Part shown: one piece after another, positions 7,472 to 16,623 of the stretch | Numbering within the stretch: the first letter of the stretch is position 1 | Layout of the letters: each line of letters starts with the position of its first letter | Origin: an uncultured SAR324 cluster bacterium | GTDB lineage: Bacteria > SAR324 > NAC60-12 | Reading direction: 5' to 3' | NCBI GenBank assembly: GCA_905182865.1 | Contig: CAJJCY010000003.1 | Location: 586,054 to 650,053 of the forward strand | DNA: 64,000 nucleotides | Notes under the pieces: model-generated | What the model was told of the DNA's origin: nothing | Databases searched by the model: none | The model's input: the letters and a program-made list of their open reading frames with translations, nothing else | Position numbers and translations under genes: made by a program

Positions 7472-8110
7472 TTAATTTGGAATAGCATCAAGGAATTCCT
7501 GGTAGTAAGGTCGTCTAAATTCCTTGAGAAGGTGTTCAAGTTCAGAAAGCGGATCTTTGTTGTCATCCACTCTGAGATGGCAAAATGGAAAGGGTTGATT
7601 TTTAATCGTCAATAGTGCAGCCGATTGCCTGCCACGAACATCTCCTCCGACAGCTTCTCCTGCTTTAAGTGCTCGCAACAACCTCTCCTCAATTGGTTCG
7701 TCCTTCTTAGATTTTATTACTTCAAAGCATGCTTCTAGTACTTGTTCCCCCACGAGCATATTTCCCGCCAAGCTGAAATTTTTTCCACATTTATGTCCTG
7801 ACCATTCTACAGTATCTTTGCCTGTCCAGGCCCAAGCATTCCCTGACACGTCTACACCATGCAACTGTCTTGAATCTTTGGCGGGATCTTCTTTTAAAGC
7901 TGCCAAAAGCGAATCCTTCAGGGAATAACCGCTAGCCATTTTTTCCAATCCTTTTAACCCCAGATATGGATTGGTTGCCGCTTGCGTCGCTATTGCCCCT
8001 ATACCTGACTTTAAGTGTGGGACAAGTGCTCCTACAGCAAAATGACATGTAGCCACAGCAACTCCTAGTGTTTTCGACTTTGGATCACACATTACGATAG
8101 AGAAAGTCAT
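7472..8110 (-). CDS. DUF1028-family protein (Ntn-hydrolase-like fold)
   Basis: The 212-aa ORF begins MTFSIVMCDPKSKTLGVAVATCHFAVGALVPH..., the characteristic DUF1028 N-terminus (M-T-F-S-I) as I recall the family. It is the first gene of the minus-strand ureide operon. Confidence 0.7.
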   Translation of the reverse strand: MTFSIVMCDPKSKTLGVAVATCHFAVGALVPHLKSGIGAIATQAATNPYLGLKGLEKMASGYSLKDSLLAALKEDPAKDSRQLHGVDVSGNAWAWTGKDTVEWSGHKCGKNFSLAGNMLVGEQVLEACFEVIKSKKDEPIEERLLRALKAGEAVGGDVRGRQSAALLTIKNQPFPFCHLRVDDNKDPLSELEHLLKEFRRPYYQEFLDAIPN

Positions 8111-8605
8111 TTTTTTTCTAATTGGAATTTAGATATATTATTACCAGTGTCCCAAGGAAAAATTAATTATTCTCAGTAACTATTTGAAAACACAAATTTG
8201 TATGCAGTTTATGTTTAGTCCTTGAGGCTATAGTCAAAAAACGGCTAGAAATAGAGACTTCACCATACAATATTCTCAAGTTATTGAGTCTTCTCAGTAT
8301 TTGAAAAAACATTAATTCAGTTGCTTGATAAATAAATAATAACTTAAGGCAATAACTTAGGGACATTAGAGAGAATTTCAACTTTTTTAAGATGATTCTA
8401 AGCTTTTACAAAATTTTAAGAATCATCATATCATCTATTAATACAAAAATATTTTAAATTAAAAACTTGTAAGGCAATTTAATTTTTATGATAATATGCC
8501 TAAATTTTATTATAACCTTATTACTGGAGCTAAAAGGTAAAATTATATATATTTAATTCAAAATATAGGAATCTCTATTTTTTAACTTTTTTCAGGAGGA
8601 TTAAG

Positions 8606-10152
8606 ATGAAGATAATTAACTTTAAATCAACGCTTATCATGCTATATTATTTGCATGTTTTTGTCATCTTTTGCTCAAGCAAAAGATATTATTTGGGCTC
8701 GTTATGGTGATATTGATACACTTGACCCACATAGAGCCACGAGCACTTTGTCTTTACAGGTGTGGGGCCTTATTTATGATACCTTGCTGGCGACTGACAA
8801 GGATGGGAATGCCGTACCACACTTGGCTAAGTCTTGGGAAGTCTAATTCAGATGGGACTGAATATACTTTTGTCGCTGAATAAAGGGTCTAAGTGTCATG
8901 ACGGGACCGCAATGGATGCAAATGATGTTAAATATACTGTAGAAAAAGCTTTCAGTAAATCTAGTCCAAGTTTGACAAAAGGCAGTTGGGGGCCAATTAC
9001 TAAGGTTGAAGTTCTCAATCCACTAACTGTAAGCTTCCATCTTAAGACACCATTTGTTGCACTTATTTCATTTCTTGCTGACAGTTTTTCGTCAATTATT
9101 TGCGACTCTAATAAAGGTAAATCAGGTTTTGGTACAAGCGCAGCGATTGGATCTGGGCCATGGAAATTTGTCTCATGGACCAAAGGCGACAGGATAGTTT
9201 TAAAGAAAAATCCTAATTTTAAGAATTTTGGTAAATTGCCAAAAAATCCAGGGGCCCCTTATATGGATGGTCTTGTAATAGCGGTAGTTCCTGAACCACA
9301 AGCACGTCTGGCGGCACTCAAAACCGGTGAAGTACATATAGCTGAACCACCATTTGATGATGTCCAGGCCCTTAAGGATTCTGGAGCGCTTAAAATTATG
9401 GTTGCAGAAAATACTGGACAAAATGTTTTTTGGGAATTTGCTGCACACAGGCCACCTTTCAACGATAAACGTGCTCGATTAGCAGTAGGCCATGCCACAG
9501 ATCCAGAAACAGCTATTAATTTGATTTATGGTGATCTTTCTATGACGGAGGCGTGCCCAGTTTCTAGGGGCGTTTTTGGTAATGACCAAGAGTTTTGCTT
9601 AAAGTATAGGCCAAATTACAATCCTGAAAAAGCCAGGGCATTGCTAGCAGAAATTGGATATGGTCCAAGCAATCCACTTGAAACAACAATGATTGTATGG
9701 ACCGGTGGTAATCGCCCAAAACTTGCTGAAGTTTTTCAATCACAACTTGCTGAAGTGAATATAAAAGCAAATATTGAACCATTATTGGTTCTATAATGTA
9801 ATTTTGAAAAATGAAAATAAAACAAGTAAAAATGTTGAGCATGGATATGATGACATGGTCATGGTACGATCCTGATATCCTTTATGCTTTGTGGCATTCT
9901 CCGGGCGCTTATCGGGGATATACTACACCAGGACTTGATGCGATGTTAGAAAAAACTAGAGTCTTAAGCAATAAAGATGAACGAAAAGCGCTTGTTCAAG
10001 ATGTATTCAAGCATCTTCTCGAAAATGGTGTTCACATTCCTCTTTATACTCCTGGGTGGGAATGGGTTTTTGCAGTCCGACCGGAGGTAAAGGGATTCAT
10101 TGTTGCCCCTTTTGTCTATCCAACGTTCAATGATGTTAGGATAGAGAATTAG
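8606..10152 (+). pseudogene. Family-5 (Dpp/Opp/Nik-type) periplasmic substrate-binding protein, disrupted by at least 5 frame changes
   Basis: GGAGGA at 8595-8600 precedes ATG 8606 (MKIINFKSTLIMLYYL...). The coding signal then hops frames: near 8650 (…FLSSFAQAKDIIWARYGDIDTLDPH), near 8844 (…AKSWEV|NSDGTEYTFV), near 8872 (|LNKGSKCHDGT…), near 9785 (…NIKANIEP|…NVEHGYD) and near 9845 (|MDMMTWSWYDPD…). Each hop is +1. Confidence 0.75.
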
Positions 10153-10168
10153 TTTATAAATTATACTT

Positions 10169-10204
10169 GAACGGGGTCTGGAAAACAGCCCCCGTTCATT
10201 TTTC
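10169..10204 (+). terminator. Rho-independent terminator candidate after the binding-protein gene
   Basis: GAACGGGG (10169-10176) pairs with CCCCGTTC (10190-10197), with a 13-nt loop, followed by ATTTTT. Confidence 0.6.
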
Positions 10205-10331
10205 ATCTTCTAAACCCACCTTTACATTTCAATTACAAAGGTTGAATAAATAGCCCTTTTTACCTAATAATTGATGATTAAACATTAATCCTGCATTAAT
10301 TTTATAAAAAATATTTTCAAGACTTGAAATA

Positions 10332-11243
10332 ATGATTCGTTTCCTCTTAGGAAAAATTGTAATGGCTTTTCTCACTGTTTTCATTACAACCATGATTGAA
10401 ACTTCATATCATGGTAATCCAAACCTAAAACCAGTAGGATATCAACACGATTTTACTCCTGAACAAATTGAAGAGGTACGTCGTAATCTTGGACTCGATA
10501 AACCAATTTATGTTCAATATTTCATGTATATTGAAAAGCTATTTCAAGGAGATTTAGGTTATACCATTCGAGGTGGACAACCGGTTATTCAAGTCATTTT
10601 TCAAAGGTTACCAAACACAATTATGCTCGCATGTGCAGCAATGATTATTGCTATTGGTATTGGCTTACCGATTGGTTTTTTTGCCGCATACAAGAAAGGC
10701 ACAATTTGGGATACATTTGTAATGATTATTGCTATTGCAGGTATTTCCATGCCTCATTTCTGGTTAGGATTAATACTTCTTTTCTTCTTTGCAGTGGAGC
10801 TTGGGTGGCTTCCAGTAAGTGGTAGTGGATATATGAATCTTATCCTACCTGCCTTGACTTTGGGCCTATCAAATGCAGCTATTATTGCACGTTTAACTAG
10901 GTCATCCATGATTGATGTAATGCAGCAAGATTTTGTACAGACTGCTTTGGCTAAAGGACTTCCTAAAGGGCTTGTTTTAAGGCGTCATGTTTTAAGAGCT
11001 GGACTAGTACCACTAATCACAATGATGGGTTTGCAATTTGCCTTTATGATGGGAGGTGCAATAGTAGTTGAAAACATTTTTTCGTGGAATGGGGTTGGAA
11101 GAATGGCTGTAGAGGCAATTTTTCAAAGAGATTACCCAATCATACAAGGTTTTATCCTAACTTTCGCAGTGGTTGTAGTAATTGTATCAATATTTTTGGA
11201 TACTATTTATGCTTTTATTGATCCTCGAATTCGAAGGAGCTAA
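10332..11243 (+). CDS. ABC transporter permease (DppB/OppB-like)
   Basis: 303-aa ORF. It is polytopic, with a LGLDKPIYVQY block and the binding-protein-dependent permease layout. Confidence 0.85.
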   Translation: MIRFLLGKIVMAFLTVFITTMIETSYHGNPNLKPVGYQHDFTPEQIEEVRRNLGLDKPIYVQYFMYIEKLFQGDLGYTIRGGQPVIQVIFQRLPNTIMLACAAMIIAIGIGLPIGFFAAYKKGTIWDTFVMIIAIAGISMPHFWLGLILLFFFAVELGWLPVSGSGYMNLILPALTLGLSNAAIIARLTRSSMIDVMQQDFVQTALAKGLPKGLVLRRHVLRAGLVPLITMMGLQFAFMMGGAIVVENIFSWNGVGRMAVEAIFQRDYPIIQGFILTFAVVVVIVSIFLDTIYAFIDPRIRRS

Positions 11244-11257
11244 AGGGAATATCCAAT

Positions 11258-12130
11258 ATGTCTGAAAAATTGAAGAGCGAAGAGTTAAAGACTAAAAACC
11301 AATCATTTTTCATAAGGCTATTGTCTACACCTAATGGTTTCATAGGCTTAACGATTGTCATCATACTTATACTATCTGCAGGATTTGCCGATTTTTTGGC
11401 TCCTTTTTCTCCAACAAAAATGATGGTTGGGAACCGATTCCTTCCTCCGAATTTAGAATTTATTTTGGGTACAGATGAGTTTGGAAGGGATATGGTCTCT
11501 CGTATTTTATTTGGTAGTCGATTGACCTTGATGATTGGCGCCATAGCAGTTGGGATTTCTATGACAACCGGAATAATGATCGGCCTTTTTGCCGCTTATA
11601 AGGGTGGTTGGCTAGAAATTTTACTGATGCGAAGCACAGATATTCTTTTTTCGTTTACAGAAACGCTTATTGCTCTTTCTTGTGTTGCTGTTTTAGGGCC
11701 AAGTTTAACCAATGCTGTTATAGCCGTTGGTATTGCGGGGATCCCATTTTATGCTCGGACCTGCTATTCTGCTGCTTTAGTTGAGAAATCCAAACCTTAT
11801 TTTGAAGCAAGTATCGCATGCGGAGCAAGTCATTCTAGACTTGTTTTCATGCATCTGTTACCAAATGTTTTACCTACAATGATTGTTATTTCAACTTTAG
11901 GTGTATCTACTGCAATTTTGGCAGCAGCAGGCTTAAGTTTTCTTGGACTTGGCGCTCAACCTCCACTTCCTGAATGGGGGTATATGCTTGCAGGTTCAAG
12001 AGATTATATTAACCGTGCACCATGGTTAATGACTATACCAGGTGTTGCAATTGCCTTAACAGTTCTTGGTTTTAATCTTTTAGGTGACGGATTTAGAACA
12101 GTTCTCGACCCTGTAGAAAGGCAGAGATGA
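11258..12130 (+). CDS. ABC transporter permease (DppC/OppC-like)
   Basis: 290-aa ORF with ILGTDEFGRDMVSRILFGSR, typical of DppC/OppC. It overlaps the ATPase start by 4 nt. Confidence 0.85.
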   Translation: MSEKLKSEELKTKNQSFFIRLLSTPNGFIGLTIVIILILSAGFADFLAPFSPTKMMVGNRFLPPNLEFILGTDEFGRDMVSRILFGSRLTLMIGAIAVGISMTTGIMIGLFAAYKGGWLEILLMRSTDILFSFTETLIALSCVAVLGPSLTNAVIAVGIAGIPFYARTCYSAALVEKSKPYFEASIACGASHSRLVFMHLLPNVLPTMIVISTLGVSTAILAAAGLSFLGLGAQPPLPEWGYMLAGSRDYINRAPWLMTIPGVAIALTVLGFNLLGDGFRTVLDPVERQR

Positions 12131-13804
12131 ATGAGTCTATAATTCTTTCAGTTAATAACTTGAATGTTAGCATTAAATCTAAAGGAATCGTATCTCAAAT
12201 TGTACATGATTTGTCGTTTGATGTTAACAGAGGTGAAATTTTATCCATAGTTGGTGAATCTGGTTCAGGAAAAAGTATGACGGCTAAAGCTATTTTGGGA
12301 TTATTACCTGAAAATAGTTCTGTTAGTGGCAAAGTTATGTTTCAGGGTCGCAATCTACGCGACTTGAACGACGAACAAGATGCGCAAGATGTCCGGGGTG
12401 CAAAGATTGGTATGATTTTTCAAGAACCTATGACTTCTTTAAATCCAGTATTTACATGCGGAGATCAAGTAATGGAAGCAATTGTTCTTCATCAAAAATT
12501 AAATACTAAAGATGCTAAATTATGTTGGCATCCGTGAGCCTGAAACTCGGCTTGGGGCCTATCCGCATCAGCTTTCAGGTGGTCAGCGGCAACGCATTAT
12601 GATTGCCATGGCCCTTGCCAACCGCCCGGATGTCTTGATTGCCGATGAGCCGACAACGGCTCTGGATGTGACTATTCAGGCGCAGATTTTAGAATTATTG
12701 GCTGAGTTGAAAGTCTCAGAGGGGATGGGTCTTTTGTTCATCACCCATGATCTGGCGATTGTGCGCCGGATTGCCGATCGGGTCTGTGTGATGAAAGACG
12801 GTGAGATCGTCGAGACTGGCAGCACGGCAGCGATTTTTGCAAATCCGCAACCCTATACAAAATCTTTACTGGCAGCTGTACCGCGTTTAGATGTTAAAAC
12901 ATTTAAAAATGAATCTTTTACGAAAACTTCAACAATTCCATTAGTAACAATAAATCGTGTATCTAAAACGTTTACAAATAATAAATATTTATTCTTTGAT
13001 GGTTGGAAAACTAATGCTCTAAATGAAGTAAGTCTTGAAATTAATTATGGAGAAACAGTTGCTTTAGTTGGGGAAAGTGGCTCTGGGAAATCAACACTTG
13101 GGAGAGCAATAGTTAAACTAGTAAATATAGATTCTGGAAATATTGTAATTGATAGTTCAAATATTAATTCACCAAATTCTAATGATTTACGTAAGCTCCG
13201 ATCAAATGTTCAGATAATTTTTCAAGATCCCTATTCATCGCTTGATCCCAGATTTTCAGTCGGTAGAAGTATTGCAGAACCAATTCTAATTCAAAAAAAA
13301 TGTAGTCGATCAGAAGTAAAAGATAGGGTGTCAATTCTTTTAAAGAGTGTTGGTTTAAATAATGAAATGGCAAGCCGTTATCCACATGAATTTTCTGGAG
13401 GTCAACGTCAACGTGTAGCTATAGCAAGGGCTCTTGCATCTGAACCGAAATTTATCGTAGCTGATGAGCCGACATCGGCTCTAGATGTAACCATACAAGC
13501 ACAAATACTTGAACTATTGATTAACCTTAAAAAAGAGCTTCATAAGACAATTGTTTTTATTACTCATGACCTTGATGAGGCAATCCGGATCGGACACAGG
13601 ATAGCAATAATGAAAGACGGTATAATTGAACAACTAGATACTGTTTTAGGAAATCCTCATAACGCTTATACAAAATCTTTACTTGACGCGGCGCCTTATC
13701 CCGATCCGGAGAAAAGGAAAAAATTAAAAAGAAAAAGTGATTTAAAATCATTTAATACGGGGCCACTAATTGAAATATCACACAATCATTGGGCAGCATC
13801 ATAA
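12127..13804 (+). pseudogene. Fused double-ATPase (DppD+DppF-like) ABC component, split by a +1 frameshift near 12500-12515
   Basis: ORF 12127-12537 carries Walker A (GESGSGKS) and ends …HQKLNTKDAKLCWHP*. ORF 12512-13804 continues in the next frame with (I)LKMLNYVGIREPETRLGAYPHQLSGGQRQR…, then a second full ABC domain (GESGSGKST … FSGGQRQR … ADEPTSALD). Confidence 0.75.
12526..12888. other. GC-rich patch inside an AT-rich ATPase gene (compositionally foreign segment)
   Basis: Hand counts: 12601-12660 = 37/60 GC, against 23/60 at 12241-12300 and 14/60 at 12901-12960. The peptide ALDVTIQAQILELL is encoded twice in the gene with different codon usage: gatgtgactattcaggcgcagatt in the patch, and gatgtaaccatacaagcacaaata in domain 2. 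Confidence 0.7.
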
Positions 13805-13922
13805 AATAGTGATTGATTCCTAATTCTGTCCTTGTTTTAAGAATTATCAAATTTTTTAAAATTGTACAGCAAAAAACAATGTTAAACAGGATCATCCAAG
13901 TATTTATTACTTTCTCCGATAA

Positions 13923-13949
13923 GCCGATGGAGTTTTCAACTCCTTCGGC
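13923..13949. terminator. Hairpin between convergent genes (possible bidirectional terminator)
   Basis: GCCGATGGAGTT-TTC-AACTCCTTCGGC forms a 12-bp stem with one mismatch. There is no clear U-tract on either strand. Confidence 0.35.
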
Positions 13950-13986
13950 AGTTAGATAACGTTGTAAATTATGTATATTAAATTAT

Positions 13987-14895
13987 TTAATTTGTTGAGT
14001 GGTGTTTGTGCCAGTGTCGGGCTATGTCGATGCGGCGGCACAGCCAGACATCAGCATGGCTGCTTACATAATCAATAAATTTTTCCAAAGAGGCGGTGCG
14101 TCCGGGCCGACCGGTCAGTCGGCAGTGCAATCCGATACTTAACATTTTTGGGGAGGCTTCACCCTCGGCATATAGCACATCAAACGCATCCCGAAGATAT
14201 GCAAAAAACTGCTCTCCTGAATTAAAACCCTGTGGGCTGGCAAAGCGCATATCGTTGGTGTCCAGAGTGTAGGGAACCACCAAATGAGGATCTCCTGCAG
14301 GGGTTTCTACCCAGTAAGGCAAATCGTCCGCATAAGAATCGGCATCGTATAAAAACCCTCCGACTTCCTGTACCAAACGCTGAGTGTTGGAACTAGTGCG
14401 CCCGGTGTACCAACCCAAAGGTCTGCTCCCCGTAACACGGGTATGGATATCAATGGCTTTTGCCATATGTTCACGCTCGATGTCTTCGGGTATATTTTTG
14501 TAATCAATCCAGCGATAGCCGTGAGACGCAATTTCCCAATCGGCTTGCAGCATGGCCTCAACAGCTGCCGGATTACGTTCCAGAGCCATAGCGACACCGA
14601 AAATTGTCACTGGAATATTCCGGCTTGTGAAAAGACGATGGAGTCGCCAAAATCCGGCCCTGCTTCCATATTCGTAGATTGATTCCATGCTCATGTGTCG
14701 TGCACCTGTGAAGGGTGGCGCGCCGATGATTTCGGAAAGGAATGTTTCGGATGCAGGGTCTCCGTGGAGGATACAGTTTTCTCCTCCTTCCTCATAATTG
14801 ATGACAAATTGGAGGGCAATCCTGGACTTCTCGGGCCACTCAGGATGTGGAGGTTTTTGGCCGTAGCCAAGCATGTTGCGGGGATAATGTTCCAT
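13987..14895 (-). CDS. puuE: Allantoinase, PuuE type (polysaccharide-deacetylase fold)
   Basis: 302-aa ORF with RNMLGYGQKPPHPEWP…IALQFVINYEEGGE…ASHGYRWIDY…LSIGLHCRLTGRPGR, matching PuuE as I recall it. Confidence 0.85.
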   Translation of the reverse strand: MEHYPRNMLGYGQKPPHPEWPEKSRIALQFVINYEEGGENCILHGDPASETFLSEIIGAPPFTGARHMSMESIYEYGSRAGFWRLHRLFTSRNIPVTIFGVAMALERNPAAVEAMLQADWEIASHGYRWIDYKNIPEDIEREHMAKAIDIHTRVTGSRPLGWYTGRTSSNTQRLVQEVGGFLYDADSYADDLPYWVETPAGDPHLVVPYTLDTNDMRFASPQGFNSGEQFFAYLRDAFDVLYAEGEASPKMLSIGLHCRLTGRPGRTASLEKFIDYVSSHADVWLCRRIDIARHWHKHHSTN

Positions 14896-14992
14896 GTTAT
14901 TTCAAAAAAATAATTAGCTATATTTGGATTCCAAAATACAAAGATAAACTTAAAGTCACTTACAACATAAAATTTAATCTCTTATAAAATTT

Positions 14993-16198
14993 ATGGACTC
15001 CTATATTATCGAATGGTTAAATCTGGTTGTCCGCTGGATTCATGTAATTACAGGAATTGCCTGGATTGGTGCTTCATTTTTTTTCAATTGGCTGGACAGT
15101 CAACTCATTCCGCCGGAAAATCCGCAACCTAAAGTGGAGGGCGAGTTGTGGATGATACACAGTGGGGGTTTTTATCAATTGAAAAAAACGATGATCTCAC
15201 CCTCCGAAATCCCAAGAGTTCTGCATTGGTTTAAATGGGAAGCTTATTCGACTTGGATCAGCGGTATTTTCCTGCTCGGAATTGTGTATTACACTGGTTC
15301 CGGAGTTTATTTGATTGATTCAGAAATCGCAGATTTAAGTTATGGAATGGCGGTTAGTATCAGCTTGGGAACGATTTTGGTGTCTTGGTTAATTTATGAT
15401 TTTATTTGGGCTTCTGCTTTGAGTGAGAAAGGCTGGATTATAGGGATGATTTCCTTTTTGCTTTTGTTTGGAATTATCTGGTGGTTTCATCAATGGTTTG
15501 GCTCACGTGCCGCTTACATTCATGTCGGGGCGGTCATGGGAACCTTAATGGTGGGCAATGTATGGCGGCGTATCATCCCCTCACAAACCAAACTGGTGGA
15601 AGCAGTCAAAGCTGGGAAAACTCCGGAAGCTTCTCTGGGAATAAAAGCAAAACAACGCTCTTTACATAATAATTACATGACCTTGCCTGTCGTGTTCATT
15701 ATGATCAGCAACCATTTCCCAAGCACTTTTGCGCATTATTATAATTGGGCGATTTTGATAGCGATAATAGTGATTGGAGCCACCGTACGCCACTTCTTCA
15801 ATCTCAAAAATAAAGGGCATTTGAATGTTTGGATTTTGCCAGTGGCCATGGCAGCAATTTTTGCACTTATTTATGTGACGAAACCGGATGCCACGATTTC
15901 AAATTCACCGGACACGGTTACATTTGGAACAGAGCATATTCCGTATGCCCTGGTGCGCACCATTTTGGATCAGCGTTGTGTGAGTTGTCATTCTTCAAGG
16001 CCTACCGATGACGTTTTCAGAATTGCTCCCAAAGGCATTATGTTAGATAATAACGAAAGAGTTCATGCACTGGCAACCCTCATTAAAATTCATTCAGTTA
16101 CGACAATTGCTATGCCGCTAGGAAATAAAACCGGAATGACACACGAAGAGAGGGTTATTCTTGGAAGATGGGTTGACGAAGGTGCATCCATCAAGTGA
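14993..16198 (+). CDS. puuD: Membrane urate hydroxylase PuuD (cytochrome c-containing)
   Basis: 401-aa polytopic ORF. N-terminus is WLNLVVRWIHVITGIAWIGASFFFNWLD, and the C-terminal domain has a CVSCH haem-c motif. Confidence 0.8.
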   Translation: MDSYIIEWLNLVVRWIHVITGIAWIGASFFFNWLDSQLIPPENPQPKVEGELWMIHSGGFYQLKKTMISPSEIPRVLHWFKWEAYSTWISGIFLLGIVYYTGSGVYLIDSEIADLSYGMAVSISLGTILVSWLIYDFIWASALSEKGWIIGMISFLLLFGIIWWFHQWFGSRAAYIHVGAVMGTLMVGNVWRRIIPSQTKLVEAVKAGKTPEASLGIKAKQRSLHNNYMTLPVVFIMISNHFPSTFAHYYNWAILIAIIVIGATVRHFFNLKNKGHLNVWILPVAMAAIFALIYVTKPDATISNSPDTVTFGTEHIPYALVRTILDQRCVSCHSSRPTDDVFRIAPKGIMLDNNERVHALATLIKIHSVTTIAMPLGNKTGMTHEERVILGRWVDEGASIK

Positions 16199-16242
16199 AT
16201 TAAAATCTTTATACAATCAAAATAATTTCAAAGGAGTAACTA

Positions 16243-16587
16243 ATGAGTCCTATCACTACCCATGTACTTGATACCTCTCAAGGCTGTCCGGGAGCAAATA
16301 TACGGATACGCTTAGAACAACAACAATCTGACAAAACCTGGCAGGAAATAGCGTCTGGATCGACAAATTCTGACGGGCGGATTGCGAATTTGATTCAGGA
16401 AGATGAGATGATTAATTCGGGAGTTTATCGGATGCTTTTTGAGACAGGTCCCTATTTTGAGCAGCAGGGAACAGCTTATTTTTATCCAGAAATTGAAGTT
16501 CGTTTTTTACTCAATCATACGGAGCAGCATTATCACATTCCGTTGCTGTTGAGTCCGTTTGGTTACAGCACATATCGGGGAAGTTAA
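16243..16587 (+). CDS. uraH: 5-hydroxyisourate hydrolase (transthyretin-like)
   Basis: 114-aa ORF with ITTHVLDTSQGCPG and HYHIPLLLSPFGYSTYRGS. The C-terminal YRGS is the HIUase signature. Confidence 0.9.
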   Translation: MSPITTHVLDTSQGCPGANIRIRLEQQQSDKTWQEIASGSTNSDGRIANLIQEDEMINSGVYRMLFETGPYFEQQGTAYFYPEIEVRFLLNHTEQHYHIPLLLSPFGYSTYRGS

Positions 16588-16623
16588 CAGTAACGCAGAA
16601 ACTGGTATTTCTCACAAAATAAA

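Noticed and set aside
8163-8381. 72-aa ORF in the AT-rich region upstream of the ABC operon.
   Set aside because: The DNA is very AT-rich, the protein is hydrophobic/low-complexity, and there is no RBS. This is more likely promoter/spacer DNA. A 9-bp inverted repeat (GATGATTCT 8391-8399 / AGAATCATC 8419-8427) nearby is noted but not interpretable.
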